Below, piece after piece: positions 8,170-17,719 of a stretch of 32,000 nucleotides of DNA. A program made the translations under genes and the position numbers. Under the pieces are notes generated by a model. It was not told the DNA's origin. It made no database searches and was given only the letters and a program-made list of their open reading frames with translations. The stretch is from contig NZ_JHUX01000003.1 in the NCBI RefSeq assembly GCF_000619845.1, positions 1,120,064-1,152,063 of the forward strand, written 5' to 3'. The stretch is from Alkanindiges illinoisensis DSM 15370. GTDB taxonomy: Bacteria; Pseudomonadota; Gammaproteobacteria; Pseudomonadales; Moraxellaceae. Numbering within the stretch: the first letter of the stretch is position 1; every line of letters starts with the position of its first letter.

Positions 8170-9339
8170 TCATTCCATCCAGCCCGGCAATTCCATCACT
8201 GGTGTATTTTTTTGCTGTGGACGCTCGGCTACCGTGACTTTAAGACTGATATTTTCCTTGCCTCGCTTCACCAGCATAGTGATCACTGTATTGGGTTTTT
8301 GCTGGGCAACCCATTTAATCAGCTGGGTTGCACTTTGCATGGGCTGATTATTGACAGACAAAATAATATCGCCTTTTTTCAGTCCACCCTGATCTGCAGG
8401 GCCTTTTGCCAGTACACCCATCACTTGCACGCCAGTATCAGGTGCTGTGGTGCTTGGAAACTCAGAAGGGTCTACGCCTTTAACTTCAATTCCCAGCCAG
8501 CCACGGGTGACCTTGCCATCTGCAAGAATAGATTGCCATACCTGTTGGGCAAGCTTGGCCGGAATGGCAAAACCAATACCCAGCGACCCGCCTGTTCTGG
8601 AAAAAATTGCCGTGTTGATGCCTACCAGATTACCTGCCACATCAATGAGCGCGCCGCCTGAGTTACCAGGATTGATGGCAGCATCTGTCTGAATGAAATC
8701 TTCGTAGGTATTAATGCCAAGACCAGAACGTCCGGTAGCAGAAATAATTCCCTGTGTGACAGTCTGGCCTACCCCGAATGGATTACCGATTGCCAGTACA
8801 ACATCACCCACTTCACTGGGAGAATTTTTAAACGGTAATACTGGCAAATTGCTGAGCTCAATTTTGATCACGGCCAGATCAGTATCCGGATCTGTACCAA
8901 TCACTTTTGCAGTTGCACGCCGTCCATCCTGTAGCGCCACCACAATTTGTTCTGCCTGCGCCACCACATGATTATTAGTTAAAATATAGCCATCCTTGCT
9001 AACAATGACACCTGAACCCAGACTGGTTTCATCATCACTGCTTTCCTGAGGAAACTGGCGCTCAAAAAACTTGCGTAATACTGGATCTTCGATTTGTGGA
9101 TGGGCAATTACTTTTTGAGTGGTAAAGATATTCACTACCGCTGGCGCAGCGACTTTAACCGCCCGATTATAGGAAACTACTCCGCCCTGAGGTGCGGTAG
9201 ATAATAGCGGTTTTTGTTTTTCTGCAGGCAGATTTGGCATGACAGGCTCTATGGGCCTATTTTGCTGGTGCCAGACAAAAAATCCTATGACAAAAATAAA
9301 TAATAAAATCCAAGGTAACCAAATCATGGTGCGACGCAC
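8170..9339 (-). CDS. degS: DegS/AlgW-type membrane-anchored HtrA serine protease (trypsin domain plus one PDZ)
   Basis: N-terminal TM anchor. His/Asp/Ser region motifs (TNNHV, DLAVIK, GNSGGAL) and a single C-terminal PDZ (GDIILSVNNQPM). GTG start at 9339 with AAGGGG upstream. At 389 aa it resembles AlgW. Confidence 0.85.
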   Translation of the reverse strand: MRRTMIWLPWILLFIFVIGFFVWHQQNRPIEPVMPNLPAEKQKPLLSTAPQGGVVSYNRAVKVAAPAVVNIFTTQKVIAHPQIEDPVLRKFFERQFPQESSDDETSLGSGVIVSKDGYILTNNHVVAQAEQIVVALQDGRRATAKVIGTDPDTDLAVIKIELSNLPVLPFKNSPSEVGDVVLAIGNPFGVGQTVTQGIISATGRSGLGINTYEDFIQTDAAINPGNSGGALIDVAGNLVGINTAIFSRTGGSLGIGFAIPAKLAQQVWQSILADGKVTRGWLGIEVKGVDPSEFPSTTAPDTGVQVMGVLAKGPADQGGLKKGDIILSVNNQPMQSATQLIKWVAQQKPNTVITMLVKRGKENISLKVTVAERPQQKNTPVMELPGWME

Positions 9340-9521
9340 GTGTATACCCCTTTTTATCTGATACTTTATTGTGAATGCCTTTTCAATTCAAAGTTTGCAT
9401 TCACATGACCACCTGACCTGCCTAAAAACTTAAAGGCAAGGCAATAAACCATACACCGGGTTTGGCAATTATTGTAAAGTGTTTAACTATAAATTAATCA
9501 GTTAAATAGAGTAATGTTGTT

Positions 9522-10280
9522 ATGGTTGAGTTAAATCAATTATTGGCATGGTGTAATAAAACCCTAAATGTGAAGGCATTTAAAGATTATTGTCCCAATG
9601 GCCTGCAAATTGAAGGCAGCCATAGCGTCCATAAAATAATTACAGCGGTGACAGCCTCGCAAGAAGCTATTGATGCTGCGGTTGCAGCAAAAGCCAATGC
9701 ATTAATGGTGCATCATGGTTATTTCTGGAAAGGTGAACCTGAACCGCTGACAGGCATCAAAGGCCAGCGAATCAAAACACTCATGCAACACGATATTTCC
9801 CTGATTGCCTATCACCTGCCACTGGATGCTCATGTGAGTTTGGGAAATAATGCAGCTCTGGCCAACTTGCTTGGCATTCAAATCACTGGCCCACTTGATC
9901 CCACTGAAAACCAGCCTATTGGTAATGTAGGGGAACTCACAGCACCCATGTCAGCTGATGAGTTCAGCATACACCTGACCAATTGCTTGCAGCGTACGCC
10001 GTTACATATTGCTGGCGCATCAGCCACGATTCAAAAAGTGGGCTTTTGCACGGGTGCAGCACAGGACTTTTTATATAAAGCCGCTGCGCTTGACTGTGAT
10101 GCTTATATTTCCGGTGAAGTAAGTGAGCGCACCTATCATGAAGCAAAAGAATTGGGCATTCATTATTTTGCCTGTGGACATCATGCAACCGAGCGCGGTG
10201 GCATCCAACGCCTGGGGCAGGCTGTCGCACAGCAGTTTAATCTGGACGTCACCTTTATGGATTTTAATAATCCGGTTTAA
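9522..10280 (+). CDS. NIF3/YbgI-family dinuclear metal-centre protein
   Basis: CPNGLQIEG, MVHHGYFW and ACGHHATE motifs, about 250 aa, typical of YbgI/NIF3. Confidence 0.85.
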   Translation: MVELNQLLAWCNKTLNVKAFKDYCPNGLQIEGSHSVHKIITAVTASQEAIDAAVAAKANALMVHHGYFWKGEPEPLTGIKGQRIKTLMQHDISLIAYHLPLDAHVSLGNNAALANLLGIQITGPLDPTENQPIGNVGELTAPMSADEFSIHLTNCLQRTPLHIAGASATIQKVGFCTGAAQDFLYKAAALDCDAYISGEVSERTYHEAKELGIHYFACGHHATERGGIQRLGQAVAQQFNLDVTFMDFNNPV

Positions 10281-10443
10281 ACTTCCTGATGACGTTATTT
10301 AATAAATAATGAACTATTTTTTAGGCAAAAAATACATTTTACCTGGCTATAGTCTTGCTATCTGTAACAGGTTGCGGCATGGTAATGCAGTTCTTTTTCA
10401 CAGCAAAAATCTGATTGATTTTTAAACAATTTTGGAGAAATAC

Positions 10444-11046
10444 ATGGCAGTTCTCGTTGGAAAACCAGCACCAGATTTTAATGTAGCCGCTGTACTGGGC
10501 AATGGCGAAATTGTCGATTCCTATTGCTTTAGCGACGCCAGCAAAGGCAAATATGCGCTAGTATTTTTCTGGCCTCTGGACTTTACCTTTGTTTGTCCAT
10601 CCGAAATTATTGCGCTTGATAACAAGATTGAAGAATTCAAGGCTCGCAATGTTGAAGTGGTGGGCGTGTCGATTGACTCGCAGTTTACCCATAATGCATG
10701 GCGTAATACCCCAGTGAATGCAGGTGGCATTGGTCCGGTTAAATTTACCATGGCTGCCGATACCAGACAGGATATTGTACGCGCTTATGATGTGCAGTCT
10801 GCGGGTGGCGTTGCATTCCGTGGTGCATTTATTATTGATAAAGACGGCATTGTTCGCTCACAAATTATTAATGACCTGCCACTGGGCCGTAATATTGATG
10901 AAATTATCCGTATTGTTGATGCATTGCAATTTACCGAGCAGCATGGCGAAGTATGCCCAGCCAACTGGCAAAAGGGCGATAAAGGCATGACAGCGACGCC
11001 TGCAGGTGTTGCTTCTTATCTGTCTGAGCATGCTACTAGTTTATAA
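10444..11046 (+). CDS. typical 2-Cys peroxiredoxin (AhpC/Prx1 subfamily)
   Basis: Peroxidatic FTFVCPSE and resolving EVCPANW motifs. ATG 10444 lies 6 nt after GGAG. The track start TTG 10432 is rejected. No ahpF is adjacent. Confidence 0.9.
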   Translation: MAVLVGKPAPDFNVAAVLGNGEIVDSYCFSDASKGKYALVFFWPLDFTFVCPSEIIALDNKIEEFKARNVEVVGVSIDSQFTHNAWRNTPVNAGGIGPVKFTMAADTRQDIVRAYDVQSAGGVAFRGAFIIDKDGIVRSQIINDLPLGRNIDEIIRIVDALQFTEQHGEVCPANWQKGDKGMTATPAGVASYLSEHATSL

Positions 11047-11115
11047 GTAGTCTGGTTATTAGTATCTAATTTTTAATACTAAACTACAAAACTTTAATGC
11101 TTTTGTACCACGCAC

Positions 11116-11166
11116 ACAGCATGGCATACTTGAAACCGACAGTTTTACGAAAACATGCTGTTTTTA
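11116..11166 (+). terminator. terminator-like hairpin between peroxiredoxin gene and sodB
   Basis: acagcatg (11116-11123) pairs with catgctgt (11154-11161) and is followed by ttttt. The 30-nt loop makes it atypical. Confidence 0.4.
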
Positions 11167-11200
11167 AAATCAATTTCCCAGCGAACGCAAGGAAAACACC

Positions 11201-11836
11201 ATGACACAAATTTCTTTACCCGATTTACCTTATGCTCATGACGCACTTGAGCCGCATATCAGCAAAGAAACACTGGAATATCACCACGACAAGCACCATC
11301 AGGCCTATGTCACCAACCTGAACAACCTGATCAAGGGCACTGACCTTGAAGATAAAGAGCTGGATGAGATTATCCGTGCAACAGCTGGTGATGCTGCTGA
11401 TCCAAGCAAAGCGGGTATTTTCAATAATGCAGCCCAGGTATGGAACCATACCTTTTACTGGAACTGCATGACGCCTAATGGTGGTGGTCAGCCTACTGGC
11501 CCGGTTAGCGATAAAATCAATGCTGCATTTGGTAGCTATGAAAAATTCGTTGAAGAATTTACCAAGGCTGCAACGACCCAGTTTGGTTCTGGCTGGGCAT
11601 GGCTGGTTGCTGATCAGGTAAACGGCGATCTATCCATTATGAAAACTGCCAATGGCGACAACCCAATGGCGCATGGCAAAACTGCCATTCTGACCATTGA
11701 CGTGTGGGAGCATGCATACTACATCGACTTCCGTAATGCACGTCCTAAATACATTAGCACCTTTATTGATCACCTGATCAACTGGGACTATGTAAATGCC
11801 AAACTGGCTGGCCAGCCTGCTGGTGTTGAAAAGTAA
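11201..11836 (+). CDS. sodB: iron superoxide dismutase
   Basis: LPYAHDALEPHIS, HHDKHHQAYV, FNNAAQVWNHTFYW (Fe-type signature) and DVWEHAYY. Confidence 0.92.
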   Translation: MTQISLPDLPYAHDALEPHISKETLEYHHDKHHQAYVTNLNNLIKGTDLEDKELDEIIRATAGDAADPSKAGIFNNAAQVWNHTFYWNCMTPNGGGQPTGPVSDKINAAFGSYEKFVEEFTKAATTQFGSGWAWLVADQVNGDLSIMKTANGDNPMAHGKTAILTIDVWEHAYYIDFRNARPKYISTFIDHLINWDYVNAKLAGQPAGVEK

Positions 11837-11864
11837 GCTCAAAAGCAACAGGCTTTTGTCTGCT

Positions 11865-11896
11865 AAAAAAACAGGTCTTTTGGCCTGTTTTTTTTT
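11865..11896 (+). terminator. intrinsic terminator after sodB
   Basis: aaaaaa-acagg-tcttttgg-cctgt followed by a 9-T run. Confidence 0.65.
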
Positions 11897-12035
11897 ATAT
11901 CCGCTTTTTACTTTATTCTTATTAATTCATTTACCTGTAATAACGTTGTTTACCGAATCCTGCTATAACCGAGTTGTAGGCTCTCTTTATAATCTGGCTC
12001 ATTCATCTATCAATTGATCGCCAATACCTTTGCCT

Positions 12036-13073
12036 ATGCCAAAAAAATCTTTCCTTCCCTGTACTATGACGCTCTTTAAATTCATGCAACGCCATACTTT
12101 AACTTCCATGCTGCTGGCCAGTAGTGTGTTGCTTAGCGGTTGTAGTCACATGGCTACGCCCCCCTCGCCTGCCACCATCACAAAAATTGCAGATGCGCGT
12201 GAATATGAATTACAAAAGGCAGGTCTGGCGTTAAGGCAAAAACTGGGTAAAAACCAGCCGATGGTAGCACTGGTTCTCGGCAGTGGTGGTGCACGCGGCT
12301 ATGCCCATATCGGGGTGATCCGCATTCTGGAAACTTATGGAATTAAACCTCAACTGATTGTAGGCACTAGCGCAGGAAGTATTGTTGGAGCCTTATATGC
12401 CAGCGGTAAAAATGCAACCCAGATGGACAAAATTGCCAGTAGCCTGAAGAGCTCCGATGTGCGCGATATTACCCTGAGCCGTCAGGGATTTTTTAACAGT
12501 GAAAAAGTGGCTGATTTTGTCAACAGGCAAGTCAACAATCGCTCGCTGGAACAACTGGATATTCCACTGTTTGTGGTAGCAACCGAGCTGCAAACAGGGA
12601 CACGCGCTGTTTTTAATTATGGAAATACCGGACAGGCAGTCAGTGCTTCAGTGTCTATTCCCAGTATGTTCGTGCCCACTTCAATTAGCAAGAAACAATA
12701 TGTTGATGGCGGTCTGGTTAGCCCTGTTCCTGTAGAAGTGGCCAAAAGTCTGGGAGCCGATGTCATTATTGCGGTAAATATTTTGGCACAACCGGAAAAC
12801 ACCCCTACGACCAATATCTGGGGTCTGTTTAACCAGAACATTAACGTGATGCAAAACCGGCTGGCTTCATATGAACTCAAAGACGCTGATATTGTAATCC
12901 AGCCCAACATCAAGGAAAAACAACATATCTTTTCCCTTGATTCGCGGATGCAAAATATTGTGGCTGGTGAGGAAGCAACGCTATTTCAGATGGACAAGAT
13001 TAAATATGCCCTTGAAACAGCGCGGCAAAAGCTGGCACAGCAAAGCACACCTGTCATCCAGACTCTACCTTAA
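12036..13073 (+). CDS. patatin-like phospholipase, probable lipoprotein
   Basis: GSGGARGYAHIGV (oxyanion Gly-rich loop), GTSAGS (nucleophile elbow) and DGG (catalytic Asp). Lipobox L-S-G-C. The start is ambiguous among ATG 12036, 12063 and 12081. Confidence 0.8.
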   Translation: MPKKSFLPCTMTLFKFMQRHTLTSMLLASSVLLSGCSHMATPPSPATITKIADAREYELQKAGLALRQKLGKNQPMVALVLGSGGARGYAHIGVIRILETYGIKPQLIVGTSAGSIVGALYASGKNATQMDKIASSLKSSDVRDITLSRQGFFNSEKVADFVNRQVNNRSLEQLDIPLFVVATELQTGTRAVFNYGNTGQAVSASVSIPSMFVPTSISKKQYVDGGLVSPVPVEVAKSLGADVIIAVNILAQPENTPTTNIWGLFNQNINVMQNRLASYELKDADIVIQPNIKEKQHIFSLDSRMQNIVAGEEATLFQMDKIKYALETARQKLAQQSTPVIQTLP

Positions 13074-13186
13074 CAGGTACAAGCACGGGTCTTGTTGAAT
13101 AAACCGTTTGCCATACCTTCATTTCACTGGCTTTGTACCTTGAGTGAATTAGAATTACCCACGATTTGATTTTATAACCAATACCT

Positions 13187-13666
13187 ATGTCCAGAGCACC
13201 CTATATTACCGCTGAAGGCTATAAAACCCTTTCTAATGAACTGAGCTACTTGCTGCGTGTACGGCGGCCAGAACTAACCCGGGCTGTCAGTGAAGCTGCC
13301 GCACTGGGTGATCGCTCAGAAAATGCAGAATATATTTATGGCAAAAAACTGTTGCGTGAAACTGACCGACGCATCCGGTTTTTACAAAAAAGATTACCCG
13401 ATTTAAAAGTGATTGATCGTTTGCCGGATCAGCCGGAGCGGATTTTTTTTGGTGCATTTGTAGAACTTGAAAATGATGAGGGTGAACTTTTAAAAATCCG
13501 TATCGTGGGTTCTGATGAATTTGTACCTGAAAAACACTGGATTAGTATTGAATCTCCACTAGCTCGTGCTTTATTGGGCAAACAAGTCGATGACGAAGTT
13601 TTTGTGCAACTGCCTCACAATCAGCAAGCAAATTACATAGTAACGCACGTTTCATACAAAATTTGA
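13187..13666 (+). CDS. greB: transcription elongation factor GreB
   Basis: YITAEGYKTLSNEL...GDRSENAEYIYGKKLLRETDRRIRFLQKRL...FFGAFVELEN follows the GreB pattern (not GreA). 159 aa. Confidence 0.88.
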   Translation: MSRAPYITAEGYKTLSNELSYLLRVRRPELTRAVSEAAALGDRSENAEYIYGKKLLRETDRRIRFLQKRLPDLKVIDRLPDQPERIFFGAFVELENDEGELLKIRIVGSDEFVPEKHWISIESPLARALLGKQVDDEVFVQLPHNQQANYIVTHVSYKI

Positions 13667-13883
13667 CAAATGCATTATAAAAGTCTAGTATTCTCAGCTC
13701 AGAAATTAATCACCTGAATTGTTAATTTGTAACAATCAGTAAATAAATAACCTTAACCCTAAGGTTAACCCAAGTTTTGTCGTCTGGAATGACGTCATGC
13801 GATGCCGTACCTCAGCCATTAGTTAGTGCAACCTGTTCATCCCTTTGGTCAGGTGCATTGTCTAGCGTAAGATGGAGACACCC

Positions 13884-15008
13884 ATGCGCCATAGCTCCGG
13901 CGGTTTGAGTTTGAAGCCTGCTTTTGCATTTTTTCAGCCAAACCGATTTTCTTCCACGTTTCGTATTGCTTTACTTTCAACCGTATTTCTTCCCTTACAT
14001 AGTTTTAGTAGTAGCCCTGTCACCCAGTACGACAAAGTTGTGGGCAAGAAAACCCTGACTGTAGTCGGGGTTGAAGGCAGTAGCACCTTTTTTAAGGAAG
14101 ACCAGTTCCTGCATGGTTTTGGTTATGACCTGGCACGTGCCTATGCCAATGACCTGAATGTCAACTTTAGATTCAAGACTGCCTCCAGTAGCGCAGCTGC
14201 GCTGGACATGGTTAAAAAAGGTCAGGCCGATTTTGCCCTAACCACTGCCCAGCCAGACTTGATTGAGAAAAAATCCCTGATTGCACTGGACATTAGTTGT
14301 GGTGACCAGAAAACTTTAAGCCAGTATGGCTTGAGTACCAATTTAAGCTGGTCATTCAAGGACGCAGCCGATCCTATTGCTGCCACAGCCAATGGCTTTA
14401 TTTGCAGCAATAAGCAACAAGGTACTCTGTCCAAATTGGCAGCGTTTTATGACCGTAATGTGATGAATAAAACCGCACAACAGGTTTTTTATCGTGACAT
14501 TCGTACACGCTTGCCAGTGTATAAAGCCAGTTTCCAGAGAACGGCCAAAAAACATCAGCTGGACTGGCATTTGCTGGCAGCTATTGGCTATCAGGAATCC
14601 TATCTGAACCCGGCCTCGGTTTCCCCGACTGGCGTGACTGGTTTGATGATGCTTACTCAGGGCACTGCCAAAGAAATGGGTGTAGTGGATCGCCGTGATC
14701 CGACGCAAAGTATTCAGGGCGGTGCACAATATTTCCGCATGATGCTGACCCAGTACAATCATATTGCCAAGCCGGATCAGGTCTGGTTTGCCCTGGCAGC
14801 CTACAATATGGGGCCTGGTGCACTGGATAAAGTCCGTGCTACGGTTAAGCGCAAAGGCCACAACCCCAATAGCTGGGTGGATGTATATCAATATTTATCC
14901 AGTAACTCACGGGCCAATCCGCGTTACAAGCAGTGTATTACCTATGTGACCCGTATTCGGGCATATCTGGAAAATATCAAGCAAAATCAACAACTGGCTC
15001 ATATCTAG
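13884..15008 (+). CDS. MltF-like lytic transglycosylase (solute-binding-like N-domain plus SLT domain)
   Basis: SLT catalytic region AIGYQESYLNP...TGVTGLMMLT...AAYNMGPG lies after a periplasmic-binding-protein-like N-half. ATG 13884 lies 6 nt after GGAG and is preferred over 13872. Confidence 0.75.
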   Translation: MRHSSGGLSLKPAFAFFQPNRFSSTFRIALLSTVFLPLHSFSSSPVTQYDKVVGKKTLTVVGVEGSSTFFKEDQFLHGFGYDLARAYANDLNVNFRFKTASSSAAALDMVKKGQADFALTTAQPDLIEKKSLIALDISCGDQKTLSQYGLSTNLSWSFKDAADPIAATANGFICSNKQQGTLSKLAAFYDRNVMNKTAQQVFYRDIRTRLPVYKASFQRTAKKHQLDWHLLAAIGYQESYLNPASVSPTGVTGLMMLTQGTAKEMGVVDRRDPTQSIQGGAQYFRMMLTQYNHIAKPDQVWFALAAYNMGPGALDKVRATVKRKGHNPNSWVDVYQYLSSNSRANPRYKQCITYVTRIRAYLENIKQNQQLAHI

Positions 15009-15040
15009 TTGTGAGATAACGCTGGAATAAGCTTCAAAAT

Positions 15041-15074
15041 AAAAAAGCCCTGTTGATCATGCAGGGCTTTTTTT
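15041..15074. terminator. bidirectional intrinsic terminator (MltF-like / GNAT)
   Basis: aaaaa-agccctg-ttgatcatg-cagggct-ttttttt between convergent genes. Confidence 0.75.
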
Positions 15075-15087
15075 ATATGTTGTGCGT

Positions 15088-15633
15088 TTATATACTATGA
15101 GCAGGCTTTTGCATGATGATTAAATGCAAGGGCTCTCGGGGTATACCCACGTTTTGATCTACGGGATAAGGCTTGATTTGCCCAGTGTGCTGATAACCTC
15201 GTCGTTCATAATAGGCAATCAGTTCCTGACGGGTATGTACCACAGACATTTCAAATAATTCAGGCTGATACAGCACATGGCCCTGTCGTTCAGCATAGTC
15301 TAGCAACAGCCTGCCAATTTGCTGCGCCTGATAATCAGGATCAACAGTCAGCAGACCAATCTGCACAACAGGTGATATCTTGCTTAATAGCACACAACCC
15401 ACAATTTGCTGAGTATGGTTTTCAGCCGGTAAAGCGGTTGCAACCAGCAAATGACTGGCTGGATCTTGCAGCAAATCCTGAAGCTGCTGTAAATGAATTC
15501 GCTGCTGAGTTATCCAGCCGGATTCATGTGTCCAACCTTCCTGACCCGGTTCAGGCCGGTAAGCCCGGTTGATCAGTGCCACCAGTGCAGTAGCATCCTG
15601 CATGGTGGCTGGGCGAAAATTCAGCGTAATCAT
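15088..15633 (-). CDS. GNAT-family N-acetyltransferase
   Basis: FRPATMQDATALVALINRAYR N-terminus, a Q-x-x-G-x-G/A-like QQIGRLLL acetyl-CoA loop, and YERRGY. It lies 38 nt downstream of serC. Confidence 0.75.
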   Translation of the reverse strand: MITLNFRPATMQDATALVALINRAYRPEPGQEGWTHESGWITQQRIHLQQLQDLLQDPASHLLVATALPAENHTQQIVGCVLLSKISPVVQIGLLTVDPDYQAQQIGRLLLDYAERQGHVLYQPELFEMSVVHTRQELIAYYERRGYQHTGQIKPYPVDQNVGIPREPLHLIIMQKPAHSI

Positions 15634-15671
15634 GGTTTAAAATAAATACTTGCTATTGATCATGGCAAAAG

Positions 15672-16751
15672 CTAGCCGTGTTTTTTGGCAAATTCCTGCA
15701 TAAATGCCACCAGTGCCTGTACGCCTTCCAGCGGAACAGCATTATAAATACTGGCGCGCATCCCGCCCACCGAACGATGGCCAGCCAGATTTAACAGCCC
15801 TACACCCTCAGCTTCTTTTAAAAAGATTTTTTCCAGATTACTGTCTTTTAAGGTAAAAGGCACATTCATGATGGAACGATTCTGAAGGGCAATCGGATTG
15901 GCATAAAAATCGCTTTGATCAATATAATCATAAAGCAATCTGGCTTTTTGCAGGTTAACCTGCTGAATGGCTGCAACACCGCCCTGCTCCAATAACCACT
16001 CAAATACCAGCCCTGATAAATACCAGGCAAAGGTGGCAGGCGTATTCACCATTGAATCATTTTTGGCTTGATCGCTATATTTTAAAATGCTGGGAATATC
16101 AGAACGGGCTTGATCCAGCAGGTCTTCCCGCACAATCACAATGGTTAAGCCAGCCGGGCCAATATTCTTTTGGGCACCGGCATAAATAATGCCGAATTTG
16201 CTCACATCCAGCGGTGCAGACAAGATGCTGGATGAAAAATCAGCCACCAGCGGCGCATTGCTCTCTGGAATAAAATCAAACTGCAAACCACCAATGGTTT
16301 CGTTGTCCACATAATGCAGATAAGCCGCGTTGTCACTGAGCTGCCATTCGCTCTGGGGTGCAATGGCAAACTTGCCATCAATGGTGCGACCCGCTTCAAT
16401 CACATTAATGTCGCCGTAACGCTGGGCTTCTTTCAGGGCTTTTTCAGACCAGATACCCGTATGCACATAATCAGCCCGTGCATTTTTACCCAGCAAGTTT
16501 AACGGAATCGCCGAAAATTGCAGGCTGGCACCGCCCTGTAAAAATAATACTTTGTAGTTGTCAGGAATATTCAGCAATGTGCGCAAGTCTGTTTCGGCCT
16601 TGTGTGCCACTGCGACATAGTCACTGCTGCGATGGCTCATTTCCATAATGGATAAGCCACGACCATGCCAGTCAGCCAGTTCTTGCTGGGCACGTTCAAG
16701 TACAGGAGTGGGTAAAGCCGCTGGGCCGGCGCAAAAATTATACGCGCGCAT
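15672..16751 (-). CDS. serC: 3-phosphoserine/phosphohydroxythreonine aminotransferase
   Basis: [14 protein letters not shown]...MEMSHRS...[12 protein letters not shown] (PLP Lys)...[10 protein letters not shown]. Confidence 0.93.
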   Translation of the reverse strand: MRAYNFCAGPAALPTPVLERAQQELADWHGRGLSIMEMSHRSSDYVAVAHKAETDLRTLLNIPDNYKVLFLQGGASLQFSAIPLNLLGKNARADYVHTGIWSEKALKEAQRYGDINVIEAGRTIDGKFAIAPQSEWQLSDNAAYLHYVDNETIGGLQFDFIPESNAPLVADFSSSILSAPLDVSKFGIIYAGAQKNIGPAGLTIVIVREDLLDQARSDIPSILKYSDQAKNDSMVNTPATFAWYLSGLVFEWLLEQGGVAAIQQVNLQKARLLYDYIDQSDFYANPIALQNRSIMNVPFTLKDSNLEKIFLKEAEGVGLLNLAGHRSVGGMRASIYNAVPLEGVQALVAFMQEFAKKHG

Positions 16752-16869
16752 GGATATTCCTTATAAAAACAAGAAAAAAAGAGGCACTATTTAAGCATAA
16801 AACCTCTTGTGTAAGTAACCATGTTTTTTAAAACTGGCATAACAAAATATGGTTTAAGGAGAAAAATAC

Positions 16870-17634
16870 ATGCCAATCTGGTTACAGGCTGGACTATGGG
16901 GCTGGCTGGCTGGTTTTGCATTATTGATTGGCGCAGCAATTGGTTATTTTTTTAAGGTTCCAACCCGTTTAATTGCCGCTATCATGGCCTTTGGTAGCGG
17001 GGTACTGATTTCCGCCCTGTCATTTGAACTGATGGATGAAGCCTATAAACAGGGTGGTTTTAATGCCACTGCGCTGGGGTTTGTGGTGGGTGCCGGAGTT
17101 TATACGGTGGCCAACTGGTTACTGGCCAAGTATGGCGCCAAGCATCGTAAGCGCTCTGGTGACCAGCAAGCCAAAGAAGCCCAGTCTACGACAGAATCCA
17201 GTGGTGGCGCAGCCATTGCAGTAGGCGCACTACTGGATGGCATCCCTGAATCCATTGTGATTGGTTTATCCATGCTGGGAGGCAGCAAGGTGAGTCTGGT
17301 GGCTGTAGCTGCCATTTTCTTATCCAATATTCCAGAAGGCATGTCCAGTGCAGCAGGCATGAAAAAAGCCGGGCGTTCCAGGCTTTATATTTTTGGTATC
17401 TGGGGTGGCATCATGTTTATTAGTGGTATTGCTGCCATTAGCGGTTATAGCGTGTTTAATGCGTTTTCAGTTGAGGTGATTGCAGCCACCACGGCTATTG
17501 CGGCTGGGGCAATTTTGGCCATGATTGCCGATACCATGATTCCAGAAGCCTTTGAAACCGCGCATGACTGGACTGGTTTGATCACCGTGTTAGGATTTTT
17601 AACCGCCTTTATGCTCACCAAATTGGGAGGTTAG
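16870..17634 (+). CDS. ZIP-family divalent metal transporter
   Basis: Polytopic Gly/Ala-rich membrane protein with a central hydrophilic loop and motifs LLDGIPES, SNIPEG and ADTMIPEA, typical of ZupT/GufA-like ZIP proteins. AAGGAG upstream. Confidence 0.8.
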   Translation: MPIWLQAGLWGWLAGFALLIGAAIGYFFKVPTRLIAAIMAFGSGVLISALSFELMDEAYKQGGFNATALGFVVGAGVYTVANWLLAKYGAKHRKRSGDQQAKEAQSTTESSGGAAIAVGALLDGIPESIVIGLSMLGGSKVSLVAVAAIFLSNIPEGMSSAAGMKKAGRSRLYIFGIWGGIMFISGIAAISGYSVFNAFSVEVIAATTAIAAGAILAMIADTMIPEAFETAHDWTGLITVLGFLTAFMLTKLGG

Positions 17635-17665
17635 GCCATTATTAGCATTATAAAATTAAAACCAT

Positions 17666-17704
17666 AAAAAAAGGACGTCTGGGCAAATCCCGACGTCCTT
17701 TTTT
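17666..17704. terminator. bidirectional intrinsic terminator (ZIP gene / gyrA)
   Basis: aaaaaaa-ggacgtc-t-ggg-caaat-ccc-gacgtcc-tttttt between convergent genes. Confidence 0.8.
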
Positions 17705-17719
17705 GTGTTTTAACCCGAT

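Noticed and set aside
8119-8661. 180-aa plus-strand ORF (and other 60-115 aa ORFs) antisense to the DegS/AlgW-type protease gene
   Set aside because: It lies entirely inside a well-supported CDS on the opposite strand. It has no SD, is Cys/His/Arg-rich and looks odd. Typical shadow ORF.
9371-9404. gtgaatgc ... gcattcac 8-bp inverted repeat in the protease / NIF3 divergent region
   Set aside because: It is a single occurrence with an 18-nt spacer and no known motif match. It may be an operator or a chance repeat, so support is insufficient to call it.
10347-10361. ctATAGtcttgCTAT upstream of the peroxiredoxin gene as a possible OxyR site
   Set aside because: The ATAG/CTAT elements are spaced by 5 nt, not 7. 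I could not find the second pair of half-sites required for a tetrameric OxyR site.
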